This document shows positions 52,970-61,487 of a stretch of 64,000 nt of DNA, piece after piece. Location of the stretch: the NCBI GenBank assembly GCA_963765495.1, contig CAVXWP010000002.1, positions 512,001 to 576,000 of the forward strand. The letters are read 5' to 3'. Under the pieces are notes generated by a model. The model searched no databases and was not told where the DNA came from. It saw only the letters and a program-made list of their open reading frames with translations. How positions within the stretch are numbered: the first letter of the stretch is position 1; every line of letters starts with the position of its first letter. Made by a program: the position numbers and the translations under genes. This stretch comes from Blastocatellia bacterium. Lineage in GTDB: Bacteria > Acidobacteriota > Blastocatellia > UBA7656.

Positions 52970-53230
52970 GCGTTCTGATTCGCAAGTATGTCACAGATAA
53001 TTGCCTTCGTAATAGCCGCGCTGGCCCACTTTGCCTTTTAGCGAGGCTTTGACCTATCCTATTAAAGAAGCGCGGCGAGGTGTGAGGCTGACTCGACAGA
53101 CGAAGAGAGGTGATCGCTGGTTGCAATCTGAGGGCCAGTGAGAGTCAAACAGCACAGCTTGAAGGCAAGTATTGTCGGCTGCGATCTAAACGACCAGTGT
53201 GATTCACTCTCATCAACCAACCTCCTACGC
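52970..53230. other. gene-less cassette, family 2 (exact copy at 61141-61401)
   Basis: 261 bp; GCCGCGC-48 nt-GCGCGGC. Confidence 0.88.
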
Positions 53231-53317
53231 GCTTAACGCCCCGGTTGACCGGACCGCTGTGGCCTCCCCTTCAAGCGAGTGGTTGGCTTGCGGGTCCGGT
53301 CGAACCGGTTGTTAGAC
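53231..53317 (-). repeat. attC11 (variant like attC8)
   Basis: gcttaac…gttagac. Confidence 0.88.
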
Positions 53318-53728
53318 GCCGCTTTCAGCCATCAACGCCTTGAACCCTGCTTGCTCAAAATCTTGATCGAATGTCAGTGCTTCTGTTACTCCAGCATCCT
53401 TCATCGCTATAAATGAGATGCAGTCTATCAATCCCCAATCTTTGTCTTCGTACTTCTTGTATAGATCAAATGCCCGCTCGAACAGTTCTGTCGTGAGCCG
53501 TACTATTTGTACTTCCTCAGAGTCCAAGAAATCTTCAATGACATCGATGGCCTCTTGTTTATAATTGCGCGCTAATCCGTTCCCGATCTCAAGCAGCACC
53601 GCGTCCGTAACGAGCAATGGATTGTCCTCATATTTAGCGGCTAATTCCCCAGCCTTTGCATGGTATTGATCGCGCGGGTTGATTAAAGCGACGACGAAGA
53701 GCGTGTCAACGAAGATTCGGTTCGGCAC
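53312..53728 (-). CDS. vapC: cassette TA: VapC/PIN toxin
   Basis: IFVDT…DQYH…VLLE…DCISF…LTFDQDFEQAGF. Confidence 0.92.
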   Translation of the reverse strand: MPNRIFVDTLFVVALINPRDQYHAKAGELAAKYEDNPLLVTDAVLLEIGNGLARNYKQEAIDVIEDFLDSEEVQIVRLTTELFERAFDLYKKYEDKDWGLIDCISFIAMKDAGVTEALTFDQDFEQAGFKALMAESGV

Positions 53729-53933
53729 GTTTTTCTCCGCTCATATAGAGGTCAAAATTTGTAGAGAAGTCTTCTGGAGCATCTATCTTGATATTTCTCA
53801 GCTTTGACATGAAGCTCTGTTTCTGGTCTTGTTGCTTAGATTGAGTGAAGTCCTTCACCAGTTTATACAGTTCGTCCAAGTCCTGTTCACTGATCCGATC
53901 AATCTCAACTTGTATTAGCTCTTTCGTTGTCAT
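53706..53933 (-). CDS. cassette TA: putative antitoxin
   Basis: 75-aa ORF overlapping the PIN gene; APEDFSTNFDLY. Confidence 0.8.
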   Translation of the reverse strand: MTTKELIQVEIDRISEQDLDELYKLVKDFTQSKQQDQKQSFMSKLRNIKIDAPEDFSTNFDLYMSGEKRAEPNLR

Positions 53934-53995
53934 ACGTTGCTCCCTTCACCAACATTATTAATCATCCGGGCAATCGAGGCAACTGCACCTCAGGC

Positions 53996-54080
53996 GTCTA
54001 ACGCAGGCATCAGCGGCCCGCTAGCAGCAAAGGGATAATGAGGAGGTGGTTTGCGGGTCCGCTGGAATGAGCAGTTAGGC
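53996..54080 (-). repeat. attC12 (hybrid arms)
   Basis: gtctaacgcaggcatcagcgg…ccgctggaatgagcagttaggc. Confidence 0.9.
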
Positions 54081-55022
54081 TCTCGCACCCTCAGACTCAT
54101 CGATTTCTTTATTTTGGTTTCCTTCCCAACAGAGTGGGAGATCAAGATCATCAATAAGCGAGGGAGCATCAGGATCACCTGTTCCTATGAATATCTTACT
54201 TGGCTCCCATTCAAGCAAAACCCTCGCTATCATTCTTGTTGCTTGTGTTCTAACACTTGGCTTTTTCCTGATTAAGACATGCTCATCATAATTACTACAA
54301 GTATAGTGCAGATGCTTCCCGCATCTATGTAAATGACCTTGATATATAGTCTCCCCTTTCAGGGAAATTAAAACTGCTATTGACGGGAAGGTAGGATTAA
54401 CATAGATCGAACATTGAGAGTCACTTTCCCAAGATTCCTCTGTGAGCTTCTTTGCCATATTTTCATCAATTGTATTGCTGAGGCTCGATGAACAAGTTGG
54501 GCAATAGTCTATATCTAGCGGTTCGCTTAGTGTAATGAGCTTAATACCTTTGCCAAGCCATTCCAATTCAGACAATGCTCCATCAATCCATTGTTCGGGT
54601 GGTCCGCTTGCCACAAGATGGTAAACTCGCTCAAATTCGATCTTTTGATTCTGCCACTGAAGGATTAGCCTCATTGAGTGAATCTGTGAATGAGTACCAT
54701 AGAGATTCAAGACAGCCAATATTTTGGGGCTAGGCTTCGCTGCTTCCTCAACGAATGCCTCCCAGGATTTCTTAAACTCAAGGATACGGTCAGCGCCCAA
54801 TTCAATATGATTACTTGTGTAAGCTCCTGGCCTATGATGGGCATCGTGGTCCTTAACGCAAAGCACAGCCAAATTAGGATCAACCGTATTTGATGCATCA
54901 CCATCAATATGATGAATGTTTAGCCCGATCCCTCGTTGCTTACAAACACAACATGCATTCGCATTTCGTTTTAGCAAATGTTCTCTTTGTTTTGTAGTTG
55001 GATCAACTCGTTTTCTAGACAT
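54075..55022 (-). CDS. cassette: N-terminal HNH nuclease-like protein
   Basis: CCVCK…IHHIDGDASN…NLAVLCVKDH; stop codon in R''. Confidence 0.8.
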   Translation of the reverse strand: MSRKRVDPTTKQREHLLKRNANACCVCKQRGIGLNIHHIDGDASNTVDPNLAVLCVKDHDAHHRPGAYTSNHIELGADRILEFKKSWEAFVEEAAKPSPKILAVLNLYGTHSQIHSMRLILQWQNQKIEFERVYHLVASGPPEQWIDGALSELEWLGKGIKLITLSEPLDIDYCPTCSSSLSNTIDENMAKKLTEESWESDSQCSIYVNPTFPSIAVLISLKGETIYQGHLHRCGKHLHYTCSNYDEHVLIRKKPSVRTQATRMIARVLLEWEPSKIFIGTGDPDAPSLIDDLDLPLCWEGNQNKEIDESEGARA

Positions 55023-55198
55023 ACTTCTGAAAACTTGCGACTCCTTTGGAATTGAGCCCAACGGCCCAATTGATGTGCGAACGAGCAATTATTGTACGTA
55101 GAATAGGCGAGATAATCCATCGTACATGGTCACGTGGGGTTGAAAAAATAAATTTGCTTTGGATTATGCTTACCAGTGTTTGCGATGTTTCAGCGTGA

Positions 55199-55284
55199 GC
55201 CTAACGCCGAGTTCAGCGGCGCGCTGTGGGCTTCGATGCAAGCGAACAGTTGGCACGCGCGTCCGCTGGAATGAGCAGTTAGGC
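55199..55284 (-). repeat. attC13 (subtype A)
   Basis: gcctaac…gttaggc. Confidence 0.9.
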
Positions 55285-55400
55285 CGAATACATCAAATAG
55301 CCTGAGAGGCCCTTCTTCGCTAGGTTCAAGAAGTTCAACGAGGGTCACAGCATTACATCTAGCATAGACGACCGCACTCCTAATCTTACGGACATTGCTT

Positions 55401-56258
55401 TTAAGCTTCGATGCCCGAGTGTTTTAATAATCCTCGATGAATGCGGTCATGCCGCTTATTCGATAATTCAATGTATTTTTCCAACCCATTTAGGCCAATT
55501 ATGTCGATCCGATAGGATGATCGAGTGTACGATCTGGACTTAAAATGAAACTTCATTGGAGCCATCTCGATTTCAGCTATATCTATTTCTCCTTGTTCAC
55601 TCAAATCTGCTGCCAGAAGGATACCATCCAGAATAACAATTGGCTTTACAAAAACTAAGTATGGTGGATTGCTGAATACATCTATTACCTTCTCTACCCC
55701 TTCCAATTTGGGCCAAGACTCTGCCTTAAGAGCATGCTCGGCAGCCTTACAAACGGATACACATGCCGAATACCATTGCGAGGGGCTATTAGGATTCTTA
55801 AAGCTCTCGTGAATCCCATACCCATTCCATTTCAATTGCGAGATCAGTGATTCTGAAGTCATATAATCATAAAGAATGCGCGGATCAAAAGGTAAATTGT
55901 CATAAAACGTCAAATTGTTCCATGCATCACCAGTTCGTAATGGCGTATCGGACAGATCCTCCCTGAAGATTACCTAAGGTTTCTCGGATTTCTTGACCTC
56001 TGCAACTATGTGATACCAACTTTGGATAAGCTTCTTATCATCAAGCTTGTGCATTAACATTCTGTGTGCTTGCAAATCACATTCTCTCGTCTTCTGTTCA
56101 TCTTTATCAAAGTAATTGAGGGTTCCTGAACAAGACCATTCTTTGGCAAGAAAGGTTCTTATTACTCTCATTTCAGAACCAAATCCAGATTTTTCCAAGT
56201 CTTTAATCACACTTTGTTTAAAGGCATTGTTCATAAAACCCATTCTACCAGTATCCAT
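55401..56258 (-). pseudogene. cassette: PD-(D/E)xK-like protein broken by an in-frame TAG
   Basis: SGFGSE…RECDL…AEVKKSEKP*VIF; both ORF halves in frame, joined by 20 sense codons. Confidence 0.7.
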
Positions 56259-56271
56259 TTGAATCGTTTAG

Positions 56272-56357
56272 GCCTAACACCGAATTCAGCGGCGCGCTGT
56301 GGCTCACGATGCAATCGAGGGGGTGGCAAGCGCGTCCGCTGGAATGAGCAGTTAGGC
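56272..56357 (-). repeat. attC14 (subtype A)
   Basis: gcctaac…gttaggc. Confidence 0.9.
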
Positions 56358-56361
56358 TCAG

Positions 56362-56691
56362 TTAGGGGGCGAACATCTCTGTTAATACTGTCAAAACATC
56401 TGATTCTATTTTCCTGTTAACCTTCCCTAATTTTCTTACGAGTCTTACTTTGTCAACAGTCCGAATCTGATCCAATACGATTTGGCCTTTTTTGCCTTGG
56501 AATGTCAAAGCAACTCTCGTTGGGTAGCTTCTTCCTTTCGTTGTCATTGGAGCCACAATCACAGTGTTAATATGTCTATTCATTTCATCAGGGGAAATGA
56601 TTAAACAAGGCCGTGTCTTCTTAATCTCACTGCCAATTGTAGGATCAAGATTGATGAGATAGACTTCAAATCTCCTGACTACCATTGCCAC
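56362..56691 (-). CDS. mazF: cassette TA: MazF/PemK toxin
   Basis: LDPTIGSEIKKTRPCLIISP…DQIRTVDKVRL. Confidence 0.93.
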   Translation of the reverse strand: MAMVVRRFEVYLINLDPTIGSEIKKTRPCLIISPDEMNRHINTVIVAPMTTKGRSYPTRVALTFQGKKGQIVLDQIRTVDKVRLVRKLGKVNRKIESDVLTVLTEMFAP

Positions 56692-56933
56692 TCTTCTTCA
56701 TCCCATTTAGTTGAGTTAGGAAAATAGTCATCAACAGATGAATCATCCTGATTTTCAGTCATAGTTTGAAAGGCTTGATCCCAAACATGCCTGGGATGCT
56801 GAGCAGATCGAATAATAATTTGATTGTCGAGTGCCTCAAGGTCAACCTCATCAGTAATGTTACTCTGTTCCAAGAGTAACTTTGGGATGCGAATACCTTG
56901 GGAATTACCAATTTTTATAATACGAGATTTCAT
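56679..56933 (-). CDS. mazE: cassette TA: MazE/AbrB antitoxin
   Basis: IIKIGNSQGIRIPK…WDEEEWQW. Confidence 0.92.
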   Translation of the reverse strand: MKSRIIKIGNSQGIRIPKLLLEQSNITDEVDLEALDNQIIIRSAQHPRHVWDQAFQTMTENQDDSSVDDYFPNSTKWDEEEWQW

Positions 56934-57006
56934 AAGCACAATGTAATTACGAAGAGGCCAATAAGTCAAGTAAGAAAAGCAAGCGAGTTCCAGTAGACAA
57001 GTGCGA

Positions 57007-57091
57007 GCCTAACGCCGAGTTCAGCGGCGCGCTGTGGTTGGAGGGATAATGAAACATTGGTATGCGCGTCCGCTGGAATGAGCAGTTAGGC
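57007..57091 (-). repeat. attC15 (subtype A)
   Basis: gcctaac…gttaggc. Confidence 0.9.
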
Positions 57092-57122
57092 CGGTTTGCA
57101 AGGCTCATTTGTTGTATCGCTA

Positions 57123-57551
57123 TCAAAGTGCAAAAGGATTGGTTATCTTTAGCCGATTCTCTATTATCATTCCTCCACTCATATCTTCTGTGTACAGCAT
57201 CTCTGCTGCTCCCAACAGCGCACTTGAAACGATGAGGCTGTCCCAAAAAGAAAACTGCAACTTCTCCCGTAGCTCTGAACCCTTCAACAATATGCTTCTG
57301 TCCATAACAACGACATCGTATTTATTATAGAAAGAGATGATGAGTGGTTGAAGACGTTGTTCATCGAATTGAGCTTTCTTGATGAGGTTGACACATATCT
57401 CATTAATGACTTGAGTGCTGACGATTATGTCGTTTTGTTGAATTATTGTTTTTGCAATAACTGATTTGTTCAGGTCTTGACCAGGAATAAAAGCATATAG
57501 CCAAATATTGGTATCAATAAAACATAAGGGTGTAGGACTAAGGTTGCTCAT
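57123..57551 (-). CDS. cassette TA: PIN-domain toxin
   Basis: FIDTNIWLY, STQVINE, FWDSLIV, LYTEDM and NPF motifs. Confidence 0.9.
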   Translation of the reverse strand: MSNLSPTPLCFIDTNIWLYAFIPGQDLNKSVIAKTIIQQNDIIVSTQVINEICVNLIKKAQFDEQRLQPLIISFYNKYDVVVMDRSILLKGSELREKLQFSFWDSLIVSSALLGAAEMLYTEDMSGGMIIENRLKITNPFAL

Positions 57552-57750
57552 AAATCTCTTCTCTCGCAAGAGGGCTGAATCCTTCAATGTTGAGGGGGTG
57601 AGCTAGAAGGTGTTCGATCATATCAAAATTTTCAGAGTTGTCTTCTGTAAGAAGAATGACCCGCACAACACCTTTGAACCTATCCCTGTGTTCTTCAGGA
57701 ATAGTGATATTTCCGTCTCTTACTCTCGTTTGAAACTCAATTGCATTCAT
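57538..57750 (-). CDS. cassette TA: putative antitoxin
   Basis: AIEFQT…GNITIP…VRVILL…REEIYE; overlaps the PIN gene. Confidence 0.8.
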   Translation of the reverse strand: MNAIEFQTRVRDGNITIPEEHRDRFKGVVRVILLTEDNSENFDMIEHLLAHPLNIEGFSPLAREEIYEQP

Positions 57751-57784
57751 AACTTAATTCCCTTCAATCTCTCTGCAATAAGAC

Positions 57785-57884
57785 AATGAAGCTCCTCGCA
57801 GCAAGCTGCGAGGTATCGCGCAAGAGGGGAGGAAATGGAGCCGCAGCAAGCTGCGGGGAATTGCCTGACCCTCCTCAGATTAAA
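57785..57884. mobile_element. REP/IS200-like double-hairpin mini-element
   Basis: CCTCGCAGCAAGCTGCGAGG (57794-57813) and CCGCAGCAAGCTGCGG (57841-57856). Confidence 0.6.
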
Positions 57885-57913
57885 GCGTCGAGCGTACTAG
57901 GTCAAGTGCGAGG

Positions 57914-57998
57914 GCCTAACGACGAGTTCAGCGGCGCGCCGGTACCAATGGGATATTGAAACGTTGGCAAGCGCGTCCGCTGGAATGAGCAGTTAGGC
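57914..57998 (-). repeat. attC16 (subtype A)
   Basis: gcctaac…gttaggc. Confidence 0.9.
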
Positions 57999-58134
57999 TT
58001 GCCCCCGATAAGCAGCTAGTGCCATTTCAACAAAGCAATCCATTTTCTACTCAGTCCGATTTCAAAAGCGATATTGGGAAGGCAAAACAGCTTTCTTGCC
58101 ATACTACGATGGGGGGCAAAACGAGATGGTAGCG

Positions 58135-58440
58135 TTAGGAGTAGTCGGGTACATAGCAAAAGTATTTCGCTCTCCCAGTACCCTGACATCTGGAACAAGC
58201 TAAAACGGCTCGTTTATCCATTCCGCTGGGATACTGCCCTATTACCGGCCCAGCGACTGTCCGACTCCCATTGCAGGCATCGCATTGTCCCTCATACTCA
58301 AATCTCTTCACCTGCCCAGTGCCGCCACACTGTTGACATATCCGTGTGGCAGAGCGGTATCCACTCTTCTCGAATCCAGCATCGTAGGATTCTGTGTATG
58401 TTTCCTTGCCCGAACCGCTACATTTATCACAGATCGTCAT
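58135..58440 (-). CDS. cassette: stand-alone DnaJ-type zinc-finger protein
   Basis: CDKCSGSG, CQQCGGTG, CDACNGS and CSRCQGTG; GGAGG RBS. Confidence 0.8.
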   Translation of the reverse strand: MTICDKCSGSGKETYTESYDAGFEKSGYRSATRICQQCGGTGQVKRFEYEGQCDACNGSRTVAGPVIGQYPSGMDKRAVLACSRCQGTGRAKYFCYVPDYS

Positions 58441-58624
58441 AAACGAAAGCACCTCCGTTTCGAGAAATGTGTCACTTCGGAACTAACTCCAAAGCAGTTG
58501 CCCTAAAGAACAAAGATGTTATGTAAAATGGGAGAGATTTTCAATTTGAAACAACAGCCAATCCTCATAAAAATAGAGCTGATGCTGCATTATCCATACA
58601 AAGAATTTCAGAGTAACAATGAGA

Positions 58625-58709
58625 GCCTAACACCGAGATAACCGGCCCGCTGTGGTCGGAGGGATAATGAATCGCTGGCACGCGGGTCCGGTTGATTGAG
58701 CGGTTAGGC
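58625..58709 (-). repeat. attC17 (subtype B)
   Basis: Identical to attC7. Confidence 0.9.
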
Positions 58710-59063
58710 GGTCCCTTGCCTGTTTCATTTCTTGCGCTTGGCTGACCCTGATCCTCCTATTTTCACTCTCACTTTCTGAGACAGCTTTTCCTGTCATTGC
58801 CAAGGAAGCAGCTTGATGTGCAAGCTTTGTCCTTCCCATTCAGGCTTCTCTACCCCTTGCCTCAACAGGTGGTTGTGCTGCGAAGGTATCTTTTCGAGGC
58901 AGCATTTTCATTGAGCCAGAGTGAATAATCCTTTGGAAGAAACATCCTATGAAGGAACAAGAGAAGAGAGAAGCGAGCAAGAGGCTCTCCTCGCTATGAC
59001 TCGCCTGAACTGGTTTTCGTAGCGTTGCTTGTTGAGTCGTTTCCCTTTCATCGGTGATCTAAC
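58710..59063. other. gene-less cassette, family 3 (partial exact copy of 51668-52022)
   Basis: Identical up to 58979, diverged afterwards. Confidence 0.8.
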
Positions 59064-59148
59064 GCCTAACGCCGAGATAACCGGCGCGCTGTGGTCGGAG
59101 GGATAATGAGGCGTTGGAATGCGGGTCCGGTTGATGGACCAGTTAGGC
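59064..59148 (-). repeat. attC18 (subtype B)
   Basis: gcctaac…gttaggc. Confidence 0.9.
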
Positions 59149-59341
59149 GCATTCCACCTTGAAGGTTCGGTAAAGATACCACTGTCGAAATGCCAAGCCG
59201 CGCCAACAGATAGCTTCGACTCAACCGGAATTTATCGGGTAGCGCGGCGCAGTGATTGTGTCAGTACACTTTGTAGACATGTAGTCTGATTGCTTGGTTG
59301 ACGATCAGTGTAGCTCATTATCACGGATCGCTTCCCTGTGC
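59149..59341. other. gene-less cassette, family 1
   Basis: 193 bp; GCCGCGC-38 nt-GCGCGGC. Confidence 0.85.
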
Positions 59342-59426
59342 GCTTAACGCAGGCATCAGCGGCCCGCTGTGGTGAAAGGGAAAATGAGGAGTTGGCAAGC
59401 GGGTCCGCTGAATGCCTCAGTTAGGC
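59342..59426 (-). repeat. attC19 (variant like attC5)
   Basis: gcttaac…gttaggc. Confidence 0.9.
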
Positions 59427-59494
59427 CCGACTCTGAGTCTGCATCGCTATGCGTGTTCACAGGTATGTGTTCATAACCACTTCTTACTGTAACG

Positions 59495-60004
59495 TCAAAC
59501 TCCTGTGACATCTGATAGCACTGTTGGTCGCCCGTCACCTTTCATTTCCACTATGCTTAAACTTCCATCCGTTTCAAGTACTACTGCTTCGACCTCCTCT
59601 TCTCCTTTTATGCCTTGACTGCGGATCGCTTGAAGTATCTCCCCTTCGTTCACTCGCTCCGCTTTCATCGCACTCCTAAGAAATACTCCTCGATGAAATA
59701 GTAACTTCGGCTCTGACTTGACCAACTTGCTTATTGTCTTTGAACGAATTGAAAGCCAGGTGATTATGAATTGAAGAAATATCAACAAGGAAAGAGCCAG
59801 CAATCCTTCTGCAAGTGGAGTATTCTTGGAGAGAATGATTGTGGCTAAAATTGACCCCAAGGCAACTGTCACTACGAAGTCAAAGGCATTCATTTTAGAA
59901 AGAGTTCGTTTGCCAGAAATGCGGAGTAATAGGATAAGAGTAGGATAGGTGCAGATGGTGGCAACAGCAATTCGTGCCAACCCAGACCAGCTAGTGAAGA
60001 ACAT
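59495..60004 (-). CDS. cassette: DUF421/YetF membrane protein
   Basis: LRISGKRTLSKMNAFDF…VVLETDGSLS. Confidence 0.9.
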   Translation of the reverse strand: MFFTSWSGLARIAVATICTYPTLILLLRISGKRTLSKMNAFDFVVTVALGSILATIILSKNTPLAEGLLALSLLIFLQFIITWLSIRSKTISKLVKSEPKLLFHRGVFLRSAMKAERVNEGEILQAIRSQGIKGEEEVEAVVLETDGSLSIVEMKGDGRPTVLSDVTGV

Positions 60005-60068
60005 ATCAACTCCCCGAGTAAATTGAACAAGCGTCTTGAGAGATTATACATGACAGGAAACATTTTGG

Positions 60069-60155
60069 GCTTAACGCCGGAGATAACCGGCCCGCTGTGG
60101 CCCCCGATGCCATTGAGAAGGTGGCAAGCGCGTCCGGTTCATGGACCTGTTAGGC
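60069..60155 (-). repeat. attC20 (subtype B; near-identical to attC3)
   Basis: gcttaac…gttaggc. Confidence 0.9.
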
Positions 60156-60347
60156 GCATTCTACCTTGCAGGTTCATTACAGTTGGGCTTGTCTCACATC
60201 AAGCCGCGCTGATAGTTTGCTTCCCGTTGACCAATAAATCACAAATAGCGCGGCGCGGTGATTGTGTCAATACTGTTGGCAGACAGGTGATCTGATTGCT
60301 CCGTTTACGATCAGTGTCGCTCATTTTCACGGATGGCTTTCCTGTGC
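60156..60347. other. gene-less cassette, family 1
   Basis: 192 bp; GCCGCGC-38 nt-GCGCGGC. Confidence 0.85.
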
Positions 60348-60432
60348 GCCTAACACCGAGATAACCGGCCCGCTGTGGGCTCAGGGATAACGAGAAGTTG
60401 GTTTGCGGGTCCGGTTGATCGACTTGTTAGGC
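60348..60432 (-). repeat. attC21 (subtype B)
   Basis: gcctaac…gttaggc. Confidence 0.9.
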
Positions 60433-60772
60433 GGCTCCCCTTGCTGATTTATCTCTTCGCCTTCGCTCGTTTTCATCTTCCAATCCTCTTCCTCCCTTCT
60501 CTTTGCAGTTTCTTCCTGACTGCTTAAAAGCTGTTTGCCTGGTCGAAAGCTTCCTTCCCAAGCAGGTCTGCTTTGGCCAAGGCTTATCAGGCAAACTGGC
60601 TTGAAGAGGCTCTTTGGCAAATAACCCAGAGACAGAGCATAGCTGAAAGCACTGCATTGTAGAAGTGTGAGCCTGATGAAGGCGAGAAGATTGATCGTTC
60701 TCGGCAGTGACTCCATAACAGGTCTTTTTGGCATCGCTTGATGAGCCGTTTCCTCTCTATCGATATTCTGAC
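60433..60772. other. gene-less cassette, family 3
   Basis: Starts GGCTCCC; pyrimidine-rich left half; ends ATCGATATTCTGAC. Confidence 0.7.
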
Positions 60773-60859
60773 GCCTAACGCCGGAGATAACCGGCGCGCT
60801 GTGGCCTGCAATGCAAGCGAGACATTGGTATGCGCGTCCGGTTGATGGACCAGTTAGGC
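60773..60859 (-). repeat. attC22 (subtype B)
   Basis: gcctaac…gttaggc. Confidence 0.9.
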
Positions 60860-61053
60860 GCATTCCACCTTGTAGGTTCAATAGAGTTACTCGTTCCCCT
60901 CTGCCAAGGCGCGCCCAGTGTTGATTTGCTTTTCAATCAGCAAATATAGGAGGGCGCGGCGGACTGATTGTGTCAGCACTGTTGGCAGGCAATTAGTCTG
61001 ATTGCTTCATAGACGAGTAGTATGCCTCTTTTTCACGGATGGCTTTCCTGTGC
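60860..61053. other. gene-less cassette, family 1
   Basis: 194 bp; stem variant CGCGCCC/GGGCGCG. Confidence 0.85.
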
Positions 61054-61140
61054 GCTTAACGCCGGAGATAACCGGCGCGCTGTGGCCCCCGATGCCATCC
61101 AGAAGGTGGTATGCGCGTCCGGTTGATCGACCAGTTAGGC
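61054..61140 (-). repeat. attC23 (subtype B)
   Basis: Core identical to attC10. Confidence 0.9.
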
Positions 61141-61401
61141 GCGTTCTGATTCGCAAGTATGTCACAGATAATTGCCTTCGTAATAGCCGCGCTGGCCCAC
61201 TTTGCCTTTTAGCGAGGCTTTGACCTATCCTATTAAAGAAGCGCGGCGAGGTGTGAGGCTGACTCGACAGACGAAGAGAGGTGATCGCTGGTTGCAATCT
61301 GAGGGCCAGTGAGAGTCAAACAGCACAGCTTGAAGGCAAGTATTGTCGGCTGCGATCTAAACGACCAGTGTGATTCACTCTCATCAACCAACCTCCTACG
61401 C
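61141..61401. other. gene-less cassette, family 2 (duplicate)
   Basis: Identical to 52970-53230. Confidence 0.88.
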
Positions 61402-61486
61402 GCTTAACGACGAGTTCAGCGGCGCGCCGGTAGCTGATGGAACGCGAGCAGTTGGAATGCGCGTCCGCTGGAATGAGCAGTTAGGC
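61402..61486 (-). repeat. attC24 (subtype A)
   Basis: gcttaac…gttaggc, abutting the IS4. Confidence 0.9.
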
Positions 61487-61487
61487 T

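Noticed and set aside
59235-60330. Short peptides MSYTDRQ…/MSDTDRK… in family 1 cassettes
   Set aside because: The frame is broken by an early TGA in 60860-61053 and shifted in 49668-50088. Not fully excluded without Ribo-seq.
49462-61297. ORFs crossing attC sites (RLTGRSTGRA, NCSFQRTR and similar; e.g. 52228-52818, 60381-60881, 51585-51797)
   Set aside because: They are translations of the repeat and non-coding bodies, and frames and stops are not conserved among family members.
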